Below the pieces are notes generated by a model. It saw nothing but the letters and a program-made list of their open reading frames with translations, did no database searches and had not been told where the DNA came from. Source: Negaprion brevirostris (Eukaryota). From it: DNA of 56,586 bases. The position numbers and the translations under genes are program-made. The DNA lies in assembly GCA_030324005.1 (NCBI GenBank), contig JARDVH010000128.1, positions 28,936,257 through 28,992,842 on the forward strand, in the 5' to 3' direction. Shown one piece after another: positions 37,655-49,020 of this stretch (within the stretch, counting starts at the first letter, position 1; every line of letters starts with the position of its first letter).

Positions 37655-38020
37655 ATTTATTGCCCACCTTGAGGTGGTGATGGTGAGCTGCCTTCTTGAA
37701 GTGCTACATTCCATGTGATATAGGAACACCCACAGTGCTGTTAGGGAGAGTGTTCCAGGGTCTTAACCCATTGACACTGAAAGAACATTGATATATTTCC
37801 AAATCAGGATGGTTGTGACTTGATGGTGTTCCGATGCTTCTGCTGCCCTTGTCCTTGTAGGTGGTAAAGGTCACTGGTTTGGAAAGTGCTGTCAAATGAG
37901 CCTTTGTGGACTGCTGCAGTGCATCTTATAGATGCTGCCACTGTGCATCGATAGCAGAAGCAAATGTTTCACGTGAATAAGGTGAAAATCAAGTGGGCTG
38001 CTTTGTCCTGGATGGTGTCT
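37655..38020 (-). mobile_element. CR1-clade LINE 3' fragment
   Basis: atttattgccc..ggtggtgatggtgagctgccttcttgaa; - strand RPWNTLPNSTVGVP; homologous to 46660-47475. Confidence 0.7.
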
Positions 38021-39243
38021 TTAAAAGTCAGAGGATAATCTCATGAAACTAAAAAATCATAAGTGATCTTTGGTTTTACTAACAGGAGCGCAAGATTAAA
38101 AGCAAACAAAAAGTAATGCTAAACCCACATTTTTCAGCTCACATTTAGAAAAATGTCTAATTTTGAATGCCTACTTTAGGAAAAAGATCAAGGCCATAGA
38201 GAGGATGCAGAAAAAAAATCATGGAAATGACAACAAGTATGACTAGTTTTAAGTATGGGAAATAAGTGGAGTTTCATTAAAACCAATAAGGTTAAGAGAT
38301 TTAAAAGGAGGTACTGGTAAAAGAAATAGGGACAAACTATTTCAGTTAGTCAGTGAATCAGTAACTGAAGGGCATACATTTAAGATCATCAAAAGAAAAA
38401 TAGAAAGGTAATGGAAATTTATTCACACATATGGCTGTCGGGTTAAAATGACCTACCGAAAATAGTAACAGAAGCAGAAAACATGGTAGTTTTTAAAAGG
38501 TAAGTAATGCAGTTCGGAAAATGAAAAGCTCATAAGAGCACTGGGGAATAGCATTGGAATGAGTATAAATTAGTCCAGCTCCAACAGATCACACGGAATT
38601 CTTCTATGTTGTGAAATTCTAGAGATTAATTATTTGAATGAATTAGAATGAATGGATTCTATAACAGGTAGTAATCCACCAGTGCAGATCACTGTCCAGG
38701 AGATTAAGACCAACATTTACTACTATGGTTTAAATATGCTTTTGGGAAAGAATTGCTGCCTTTTGCTCCATATGACCTTCATGTGATACTAGTACGCATG
38801 AACTAACTGACTTTTAATACATTCTGAAGTGCCCAATTAGTTGTGGTCACAGACACAGACACAGATTGGCAATAAATACAGTCCTGTCAGTGTCACCCAC
38901 TGCACAAGAACAAGTAAAACACCCACATGCCTGTGTGCCTAAATATGTGTACACTAGTGTATGCACACATACCCATATCTGCATATACATATGCCAATGC
39001 AGATAAGTACCACACATAACTTTCTAATTGGAGGAAATTGTGACCTGTGAAAACTACATTTTGAAGAAGTAGTCTGACAGTGGAGAGGTCAAGAAATATG
39101 GTGCAGTTGGTTTTAATTGGCTCACTTGTGAAACCTGTCCTTGTGTGTGCAGGTTATATCATTGACAGATGTATGGATGAGAAAGAGGAAAGAGCCATGG
39201 ACATATCCTTGGTCTTCCCACCAATGGTACAAGAGATAATCAC

Positions 39244-39474
39244 GATGTGGAGATGCTGGCGTTGGACTGGGGTAAACACAGTAAGCAGTGTCACAACACC
39301 AGGTTAAAGTCCAACAGGTTTATTTGGTAGCACAAGCCACTAGCTTTCGGAGTGCTGTCCTTCACCAGGTGAGTGGGATTTTCAGTTCACAAACAGAGCA
39401 TATAAAGACACAAACTCAATTTACAAAATAATGGTTGGAATGCGAGTCTTTACAGATAATCAAGTCTTAAAGGT
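39244..39474 (-). mobile_element. Penelope-like element pseudo-LTR end, truncated by a gap
   Basis: Near-identical to 44400-44590 (cacaacaccaggttaaa.tccaaca.gtttatttggtagc..ccactagcttt); contains a hammerhead-like core. Confidence 0.8.
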
Positions 39475-40803
39475 NNNNNNNNNNNNNNNNNNNNNNNNNN
39501 NNNNNNNNNNNNNNNNNNNNNNNNNNNNNNNNNNNNNNNNNNNNNNNNNNNNNNNNNNNNNNNNNNNNNNNNNNCAATTACCACTACATTCCTCTTTACT
39601 TCTTCCTCTTTGTCCTGTGTCTGCACCACTGTACCGTGGGCAGTTTGCTCACCAAGTACCGGTTTCAGGTTTCTCTGCCATTATATTTTATATCACTTGT
39701 AGACGAATTCCAGGCAAACTCAGTAGCCTTAATATTGAGGTAAAGTTTGATCGTGGGAAAATATAATGAACAGCTTTTTTTCTGGTAGCTATTTTAGCTG
39801 TTAGAATTGACCTCCACAGGATTTTTCTTAAGTCTTCAACAAGAAATAGAGAATTGCAACATCAGATTTTGTTTTGGACTTTAAATGAATGTATTTATCA
39901 AAAAGAAATGAACACAAATACCTCACATTTATATTTGCAATGTAAGTATTTCTATTTACCCTTGTGAAAATAAAATAGAAAATGTATTTTATTGGTAACT
40001 TTTTTATGCAATGACCCTTTTATATTTCTTATTATCACAAAAACTGTGCGAGCCTGGATTCTATACATGGGAAATTTCAAGATATTGTCTGCTTCGAACA
40101 ACTGTGGCTCCCCATATATTTCTAAAAAGGGTTGATAGGTTTGAGTAACTGGCTTTTGTACACACAATTAATTAAATCACAGTCTGTGTTTCTCCCTCAA
40201 ACTTTACAAATAATTGATAAAGTTTGCAAAATTTGTATAGAGTTAAGCCAGGGTTAATATTCTGACAGGAGCCTTTTTTCAAAAAACTTCTAGTGACGAG
40301 TGACTTTATTAGAGAAACTTCTAAAAAAGCTAAAAGACAGAGGTGCTTTACCTTTGCAATATGTCCTGCCAGTTATCCTGTTCACTTAGGTCCTAGATGT
40401 CATGTTCTTTTTGCTACTCTATCAGCTCATACTTGCAGCAACATGATGGGCAAAACACTTTTGAGCTGAAGGATGCAGGGGCAAGTCTCGGTAAAAATAG
40501 ACACCATTAGATGTCTCAGTACAGCAATGTTCTGGTCCAGTGCCATGCTGTCCAATGACTGGCTGTTGGGGTCAGCATAGGATCGTCTTTCATAAGGATT
40601 TGGACTGGAACATGATTTCTTTTTTTTTGATTGACCTTGATTATCTGGCATGGTATGGTGTTGCATTGAACATGAATTTTGAATTCCTAAGCTTGGTTCT
40701 TACATTGATTAGTGTTTTGAATCCATGATCATGTATCAAATTCTATTTAAAAATAAATAAATCTGGGTACTCTTCCCTAATACTTCTGTCTTTTCATTTG
40801 CAG

Positions 40804-40959
40804 ACAACAACAGAAGAAGATTTGTTGGAAGTAGATGACAGCACTTCAAGTGTTTCGGGTGCTGGATCTGGGCCAGACTTCAATTATATCTTGAACATGC
40901 CTCTTTGGTCTCTTACAAAGGAGAAAGTAGATGAACTACTAAAGCAGAGAGATTCAAAA
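40804..40959 (+). CDS. TOP2B: DNA topoisomerase II beta, internal exon (phase 0-0)
   Basis: Acceptor ttttcatttgcag|; 52 codons TTTEEDLLEVDDSTSSVSGAGSGPDFNYILNMPLWSLTKEKVDELLKQRDSK; donor |gtaatg; matches recalled TOP2B GPDFNYILNMSLWSLTKEKVEELIKQRDAK better than TOP2A. Confidence 0.93.
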
Positions 40960-41041
40960 GTAATGCACAGACTTCATTAATTTAATACTTACAGTCCTGT
41001 GTCTCTGAAGATTTTGCCAAGCTATCTTTTATATGTTGTAG

Positions 41042-41125
41042 GGAAAGGAGCTTGATGATCTGAAGAGAAAGAGTGCTTCTGATCTCTGGAAAGATGACCT
41101 TGCTGCCTTTATTGAAGAGCTTGAT
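41042..41125 (+). CDS. TOP2B: DNA topoisomerase II beta, next internal exon (phase 0-0)
   Basis: Acceptor ttttatatgttgtag|; GKELDDLKRKSASDLWKDDLAAFIEELD; donor |gtaagt; in frame with the previous exon across an 82-nt intron; missed by the ORF track. Confidence 0.93.
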
Positions 41126-41346
41126 GTAAGTTTAACGAAAGCATGCCTACCAATCTAAGCTCCTTATTTTAAAGAAAGTTAAGATTATCCAGCTTTTTTT
41201 TTCATTTACATGTGATAACATTATTTGTCACTGTATTTAATGTTAATTAAAAAATGCACAGGTATTTTGTATGTTGTAGCAATTGAAAATGTGCTCAAAT
41301 TACAAAAATTACATCTTGACACTGATCAGAAGAAATGTCGTTTGGT

Positions 41347-41790
41347 GGCCCAGAATTTCCGTGTTGCTCAAAAAAGACATGCATCGAAACCCCTGTCCTC
41401 ATCCACGTCATAAATCCTCCAATGCTGCTGAGTGCCAAATTCTCCATTCTTGCTAGCAGCAGGGCAGTTATGGATGCAATCAGAGAATCCTGCCCATGGA
41501 GTAGAATTTTAAGGACCATTGCTCACTATCCTGAGAGCCGGTGCCTAAAGCACAGCAGTTGTCATTTCATGCCCAATTAAGTATTGATTGGCAGGTGGCA
41601 GGACTTTCATCCCCCCATAGAAGGAAATGCTGCCCTGCACCCCTGCTACCCGCCCCCTCCCTCCTCACTTCCTGACCAAGAGGCTGAAATGTCCAACTCT
41701 CACCCTTCCCAACCCTGCCAGCCTGGCTTGTTGGCTTGGGATGTGGTGGGGTGGGGGGGGGCTTAATTGGTGAGTTATTGAAGCCCATAT
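41347..41790. mobile_element. Two abutting Harbinger-type MITEs
   Basis: GGCCCAGAATTTCC...GAGAATCCTGCCC (41347-41495), then AT, then GGAGTAGAATTTT from 41498. Confidence 0.55.
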
Positions 41791-41989
41791 TGTTGAAACT
41801 TTTCTTCTTAAGCTCATCAAGACGATTTACAAAACTACCAAATTATATAGGGAACAACAATCTATACTGCATAAGAAGAGAGTGCTGAGTAGTGGCGTGT
41901 GTTTACTGTGCAAGCTTGATGCTTGTAGTAACTTAGCTATGTTAGGGGTTGTGGGCCTGAACAAAGAATTGAACGTAGTTTTCACACAC

Positions 41990-42125
41990 AGGCAGGCGTT
42001 CTATGGCCTTCACACTGGCGAGATTTTCCCATCCTGCTGCAATGAATGGAGAGTTAGCTGGGTGCCAAATTCCTTGACCACGCTGCAATGGGAGCGTGGC
42101 ATGAACAGCCTGTAAGATCGTGCCC
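41990..42125. mobile_element. Short MITE related to 41347-41495
   Basis: Shares ctg.gtgccaaattc; ends GTAAGATCGTGCCC. Confidence 0.5.
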
Positions 42126-42699
42126 ATAGTTTCAAATTAAGAGATTCAGAGATATTCTCTGCACTGCAGAATGCAAACTAAGTAAAATAGCAGCCTCTGT
42201 AAACATCTTAATTACATCACCATCAAATCATGTGACCAGCTCTTAAAGCAACCTGCAAATCTTTTAAATATTTAACAATGATGAACACAGAGAGGTTACA
42301 ACTACCGTGATCAGATCATTGCTCACTGTATAGTATGCAAACTCAGGAATGGGCTTTAGGCCATTTTGGTTTTGAAAAGTACCTAGTTTACCTCATATAG
42401 AGTACCCTGGAAGAGTAAGATATCTCAAATTGGTGGGTGGGTAAAGCTGGCTGTTTCATGCTGTTACTGTGCAGTAGCAATGCAAAGTGATGTTCGCCAC
42501 GAACAGGATCCTGCTGTCAAGTTAAAGACCAATGAGTGGTGTATTATGTGAATATCACTGCTGATGTGATGCTAGGTGTGTTGGCTGTACATCCCAAAGA
42601 CTGGTGGATTGTATCCAACAGTATGTCTCTTCAGCTGTTCACGACAGGCAACGTACTGACCATAAACAAAGAGCCTATGCTTGGAAAACTCAAAACATC

Positions 42700-43280
42700 G
42701 GGTGGAATTTTCCCATGCTTCCACCGGTGGGTTCAATGGCAGGTGGGGGTGATGGGCAGATAGTATTTAGCAAGACTCAAAAATAGTTTTACACTGATTT
42801 GAATTTCTCATGGTACCCGTCATGGCAGATGGGGAGACCCACTGGAGGCTGACATGAAACTGATTATTGTCTGCTAGTGGAAAGCAAATGAGGGCCCAAC
42901 CAGAACCTTTTTCAGGACACCAGCAGGAAAATAGGCCAGTCCAGAATACGTCTGAAACAACGTGTCGTGCAGAAGTTGGAACTCCCTTGAATAATGCCTG
43001 GTGCTGCCTCTGAAGTTTGGGATGGTGGCTACTGGCAACCCTGGATTCCAGGACACCACAGTGGTGGGTGGTGAGAGCATCTTTCAAGTAATTCTTCCAG
43101 CTTCCGTGTCATTGAGAAAGTCCACCTTCCAGCTTTGAGAGTCTTCCTGGAGCTTCAACTTTTTCCTCAGGAGGTCTGTCCTCTTTTTCAACCTTTTAAA
43201 TGTGGCACCTAGATATGATGGTGGAACATGTGCCATCATGGCCGTGCCATCATGGCCATCCCACCACTGAATATCATGCT
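42700..43280. mobile_element. Harbinger-type non-autonomous element
   Basis: Starts GGGTGGAATTTTCCC; GC-richer than flanks; right end degraded. Confidence 0.45.
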
Positions 43281-43599
43281 AGATGTCCAGGTGCATAATT
43301 CACAAGGTCAGGCTCAGAAGAAATTGTGTTCTACCCCGCCAACCACTGCAATGGAAAACACTCCTCGTCTTTACTCCTTCCATGGAACTTTCGCCCACAG
43401 TGTCCAAGATTAGATGTAATTCAATGGTTGGACAACATTTGCTGAACAACCCTGTGTGTGCTGAGAATTACACTGACAACCAGTTTAAGATAATCAGTTG
43501 AATGTGCAGTATGACTTGAAGCTACATATACTAATACATAGGGCCCTGATCTTTGCAGACAGAAAGAGCATGTACACATTGTGTGCTTTCCCAACTAAA

Positions 43600-43890
43600 C
43601 AAAACTGGTAACAGTGATTCTCTGGTTCATTCTCCAGAGCAATATCATGACCAATGAGAGTCAGTCTGACTGAATTTAAATAAAGCATCGCAGTTAACTG
43701 TCAGTTATTCAGTCAACTGGTGCATTTTCCAAGGCAATGCCTCTATCAATCAGAATCCACTTGCCAACCAATCAGCACTTTCTTTTTATGCAATGTAAAT
43801 TGTTATTCCTTTTATAATTTTGCCTTTTGCAAACTGGCCCGAGTGTCAGATGGAAAACTTTGACAATATATGCCTTTTTTACAGCAATAA
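43600..43890 (+). mobile_element. Old Penelope-like pseudo-LTR remnant
   Basis: Duplicated cattctcc.g.gcaat...ccaat.ag unit, ccaatcag boxes, and degraded gag-tgtcaga-tggaaaac resembling a hammerhead remnant. Confidence 0.35.
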
Positions 43891-44395
43891 AGAAGTGATA
43901 TTTACCATATTACCTTGTCATTCCTTTAAATTTAAAATGATGGATTCTATTAAAGAATCTGGATAAAAGGCATTTGAATGGCAAAAATGTAACAAATAAA
44001 GCAAAACTGTAGAATTGAGCTTTGCTGTGAATTTGTAAATGTGGCTTTAGTAAGCATGTAGTGGCAAATAACTACATTTTGCTACTTATCAACTTCAAAC
44101 TCTTGAAGTCAAATGGTAAAACTGATCACTTTCAGATTTTCCAAATAATGTCAGATTTTTTAAAAATAGCATGTTCGTCATGACATTGCTTGCAGCAGAC
44201 ACAATGTTGTGCTTCTTATAAGAAAGAGGGAACCTTACAATGGGCATGGAAATGAGGGTGGGGTGCACAACTTGCAACAAAATAAATTTGCAGTCAATCT
44301 CCAGAAAGATGGTTCCTGGAAAATGTGATTTTTTTCATTGGATACATTTAATTTCATATTGTACTTGCATCAATAAACCTGTGCATATAAACTAT

Positions 44396-45550
44396 AGAAA
44401 GAAGTCTCACAACACCAGGTTAAATTCCAACAAGTTTATTTGGTAGCAAAATCCACTAGCTTTTGGAGTGTTGTCCCTTCATCAGTTGAGTGGGAGTTCT
44501 ATTCACAAACAGGGCATGTAAACACACAGACTCAATTTACAGAATAATGGTGGGAATGTGAGTCTTTACAGGTAATCAAGTCTTAAAGGTACAGATAATG
44601 TAAGTGGAGAGTGTGTTAAGCTCAGGTTAAAGAGATGTATATTGTCTCCAGCCAGGACAATTAGTGAGATTTTGCAAGCCCAGGCAAGCCATGGGGTTAC
44701 AGATAGTGTGACATGAACCCAAGATCCTGGTTGAGGCTGTCTTCATGTGTGCGGAACTTAGCTATCAGTCTCTGCTCAGCGACGGCATTGTCGTGTGTCG
44801 TGAAGGCCTTGGAGAACGCTTACCTGAAGATCAGAGGTCGAATGCCCATGACTGGTTAAGTGTTCCCCAACAGGAAGATTTCTTTCTGTTTTACCCCAGT
44901 CCAACGCTGGCATCTCCACATCATAGTTTGCTGCAGACACTGATCTGTTTACGGTTAGGCAGTTGTTTGAAGGCAAGAAGTGGGGGTGTGGTGATGACCT
45001 TAGCGAGATGCTCGTCGTCATCAATGACATGTTGAAGGCTCTGGAGAAGATGTCGTAGCTTCTCTGCTCTGGGGAAGTACTGGGCGACGAAGGGTGCTCT
45101 GTCTGCCATGTCCCGTGTTTGTCTTCTGAGGACGTCAGTGCGGTTTTTTTTGCTTGGTGTGTTGGAACGCGAATGAATTGAGCGCCATATCCTGTTCTTA
45201 TGAGGGCATCGTTCAGTGTCTGGAGGTGTCTGTTGTGATCCTCATCATCTGAGCAGATCCTGTGTATTTGAGGGCTTGTCCCTGGGGATGGCTTCTTTAA
45301 TATATTTAGGATGGAAGTTGGAGAAGTGGAGCATCGTGAGATTATCCGTGGGCTGGTGGTACAGTGAAGTGCTGAGGTGGCCGTCCTTGGTGGGGATGCG
45401 TCTGTCCAAGAATGCAACTGATTCCAGAGAGTAGTCCACGGTAGGTCTAATGGTATGATGGAACTTGTTAATGTTATCATATAGTTGTTTGAGTGATCCT
45501 TCACCATGAGTCCAAAGGAAGAAAATGTCATCAATGTATCTAGTGTATAG
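44396..45550 (-). mobile_element. Penelope-like retroelement (RT C-terminus, partly deleted GIY-YIG, pseudo-LTR)
   Basis: YTRYIDDIFFLW, VAFLD..I..KDGHLSTSLYHQPTD, LPVGEHLTSHGHSTSDLQVSVLQG; pseudo-LTR at ~44400-44700. Confidence 0.9.
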
Positions 45551-46445
45551 ATATATTGATGATATCTGGGCTACCTTTGCCAATCCGATTTGTCTAATTG
45601 ATGTGAAGATTAAAGTCACCTATGATTTCTTGCAAGCCACCATTATTTCTTGATGTATAATCTGTCCTACAGAGTAGCTACTGTTCAGAGGCGTACAAAA
45701 TACTCCCAGAAATATATTCTCTCTTTGCTATTTTTTATCTCAACCAAACAGATTCTGCATCTTGATCTTCTGAACCAACGTCATTTCTCACTATTGTACT
45801 GATCTCATCTTTATTAACAGGCCTAGCCTACTTGATTTTCCTTTCCACCTGTCTTTCTAAAATGTCAAATACTCTTGAATATTCAGGTCCCAGCTTTGGT
45901 CATTTTGTAACCACATTTCTGTAATGGTTATATCATACTCATTTATTTCTATTTGCACTATCAATTCATCCATAGTGTTAATAAAGCTGTGTGCAGTCAG
46001 AATAAAGACACTTTATCTATTTCTTTGCCATTTTTGCCTACTCTGATTTTATTTGCAAGTGCATTCTTATGTTTGTACAATCTGTCCTTTCCTGCCACAT
46101 TCTGGTTGTCATACCTATATCATTACTGTGCGTTCTTAGTTCGCCATTTCTTTTTAACTTTCCAAATCTCCTGTCATGAACCCACTATTTAGTTTAAAGC
46201 CCTCAGGACAGCACTAGTGCTCTATTCAAAGCATGGTTCAGATGAAGCCTGTCCTAACAGCTCCCTTTTCTTCCGTACTTGTGCCACTGCCCCATGAACT
46301 GAAACCCAATTCTCCCACTCCAATCTTTGAGCCATGTATTCAACTCTCTAATCTTACTAATCCCATGTCAATTTGGTTTTGGCTTAGGTGGTAATCCAGA
46401 GATCATCTTTGCCATTTTGCTTTTTAATTTAGTCTCTAGCTGCTC
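45551..46445 (-). mobile_element. CR1 5' region (ORF1 esterase end and APE endonuclease), decayed
   Basis: GDFNLH at 45601-45620 on -; FMGQWHKY...-like ORF1 remnant at ~46240-46305. Confidence 0.65.
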
Positions 46446-46659
46446 ATACAGTTAGCTTCTGCCATTTGTAAGAGTTCCATTCCCACCTGCTCTAGCGAAG
46501 TGTGAAATTATGAATGATGAACTCGCGCATGTGCGCAGCTAGTACACATGCAGTGTGCACTTTCTACATGGGAACAACATGGGACAGATGAGATTTCAAC
46601 ACTCTGAATCATTGGTGAGTGAAGTTTTGGGGCTACAAACTAGGTTATGGTTTTAAAAT

Positions 46660-47475
46660 TCATTTACAGGATGCAGTTATTGCTGGCTAGGCCAGCATTT
46701 ATTGCCCATCCCTAATTTCCCTTGAGAAAGTGGTGGTGAGCTGCCTTCTTGAACCATTGAAGTCCCTGAGGTGTAGGTACACCCACAGTACTGTTAGGAA
46801 AATAATTCCAGGATTTTGACCTAGCGACAGCAACTGTGATTTATTTCCAAGCCAGTATAGTGAATAACTTGGAGGGGAACCTTCAGGTGATGGTGTTCCC
46901 AGATATTTGCTGCTCTTGTCCTTCTAGATGGTTGTAGGTTTAGAAAATGCAGCCTAAGGAAACTTGATGAGTTCCTGCAGTGCATCTTGTAGACAGTACG
47001 CACTGTTGCCACTGATCATCGGTGATGAAGGGTGTGAATGTTACTGAAAGGCATAGCAATCAAGCAGGCTGCTTTGTACTGGTTGGTGTCGAGCTCCTAC
47101 AGTGTTGTTGAAGTTGCACTCATCCAAGTATCCATCACACTCCTGCCTGTGCCTTACAGATGATGAACAGGCATTGGGAGTCAAGAAGCAGGTTACTCGC
47201 TGCAGGATTCCTAGACTTTGACCTGCTGTTGCAACCACAATATTTTTATTGTCAGTCCAGTTCAACTTCTGGTCAATAGTAACACCCCAGCTTGTGGGTA
47301 GTGGTGGATTCAGTAATGGTAATGCCGTTGAATGTCAAAGAGCAATGTTAGATCTTCTCTTATTGGAGACGGTCATTGCCTAACACTTCTGTGGCGTAAA
47401 TGTTACTTGCCACTTTTCAGCCCAAGTCTGAATATTGTCCAGATTTTGCTGCATTTGGGCATGGACTGCATTCAT
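46660..47475 (-). mobile_element. CR1-clade LINE RT C-terminus and 3' UTR
   Basis: MQQNLDNIQTWAEKWQVTFTPQKC; AGQSLGILQRV; tail gccagcatttattgcccatcccta on +. Confidence 0.8.
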
Positions 47476-47774
47476 GTGGGTAAATGAATTTGAGACAAAG
47501 GGGGTCAAGAATGATGAGTGTTTACAGTATTTCTTTAGCAGAACCTCTATCTTAGGCCTACCTATGTCGTTGATGCACAAACAGGACAATAGCAACTGGA
47601 TCCTTCCCTTCCAACTCCAGGTTTTTCTCCAGCCCTGAGTTCTGAAACATGCTATCTGGCAGGCAAAATAGCCTTTGGGTTGCATATTCTCAGTTATAGA
47701 GAACCATTTATTTCCCCCTAACTATACTGTCCACTATTATGACTAAATTCCTTTTAGCTCATCCTCCTCCCCCA

Positions 47775-49020
47775 AGGAGTAGGCCATTTGGCAATGTGAG
47801 CCTGCTCGCCATTCATTATGATCAAGGCTGATTATCCAACTCTAACCTGTTCCCGCTTTCCCCCCATATCATTTGATCCCTTTAGTTCCAAGAACTATAT
47901 CAAACTCCTTCTTGAAAATAGACAAAGTTTTGGCTTCAGCTGCTTTCTGTGGGTAGAGAATTCCACAAGTTCACCACTCACTGGGTAAAGAAATTTCTCC
48001 TAATCTCAATCTTAAATGGTCTACCCAATATCCTTCGACTGTGAGCCTTGGTTCTGGACTCCCCAGCCATCGGGAACATCCTTCCTGCATCCAACATGTC
48101 TAGACCTGTTAGAATTTTATAGATTTCTATAAGATTCCCCTTCATTCTTGTAAACTCCAAGAAATATAACTGTAACCAACTCAATTTCTGCTCATATGTC
48201 AGTCCTGCCAACCCAGGAATCGATCTGCACTTCCACCATAGCAAGAACATCCTTCGTCAGATAAGAAGACCAAAACAGCACACAATATTCCAGGTGTGTC
48301 TTGCCTAGGCCCTGTATAATTGCAGCAAGGCATCCCTACTGCTGTCCTTGAATATCTCACCTTCCTCACTGCTTGTTGCAACTGCATGCTTACTGTCAGT
48401 GACTGACGTACAAGAAAACCTGGGTTTTGTTGCACATTCCTCTCTCTTAATCTGTAGCCATTCCTGATAATAATCTGTCTTCCTGTGTTTGCTCCAAAGT
48501 GGCTAACCTCTTATTTATCAACATTACACTGCATCTGCCATACAATTGCCCATTCACTCAACTTATCCAAATCACTCAGAATTTTTTCTGCATCCTCCTC
48601 ACAGCTCACCACCTCATTTTCCACCCCCCCAACCCCCAATCAAACTCAGCTTTGTATCATCTGCAAATTTGTAGCTATTACATTTAGTTCCCTCATCTAA
48701 ATCATTAATATACATTGTGAATCACTGGGGTCCTAACACTATTCCCTGCAGTATCCCACATGTCACTGACCTGCCACTTTGAAAAAGACCAATTTATTCC
48801 TACTCTTAATTTTCTTTCTGACAACCAAATTACCCCAACCCCAAGCACTTTAACTTTACATGCGTTGTACTTTGTACTTTGTCAAAAGCCTTCTGAAAGT
48901 CCAAATACCCAAATCCACTGGCTCCCTTTCACCATTTCTTCTAGTTACATCCTCGAAGAATTCCAGATTTGTCAAGGTTAATTTTCCTTTCATAGATCAA
49001 CGTGACTCTGTCCAATCCTG
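47775..49020 (-). mobile_element. CR1/HER1 LINE, RT to 3' UTR
   Basis: FQKAFDKV, KFADDTKL, LEFTRMKGNLIEIYKILTGLD...RRNFFTQ on -. Confidence 0.88.

Noticed and set aside
39153-39226. Possible + exon (G)YIIDRCMDEKEERAMDISLVFPPM
   Set aside because: Not TOP2B sequence; weak donor GTACAA; unrecognised
40798-40980. Track ORF as a standalone 60-aa gene, or as TOP2A
   Set aside because: It is an internal exon plus intronic read-through; residues PDFNYILNM, WSLT and KQRD match TOP2B rather than TOP2A
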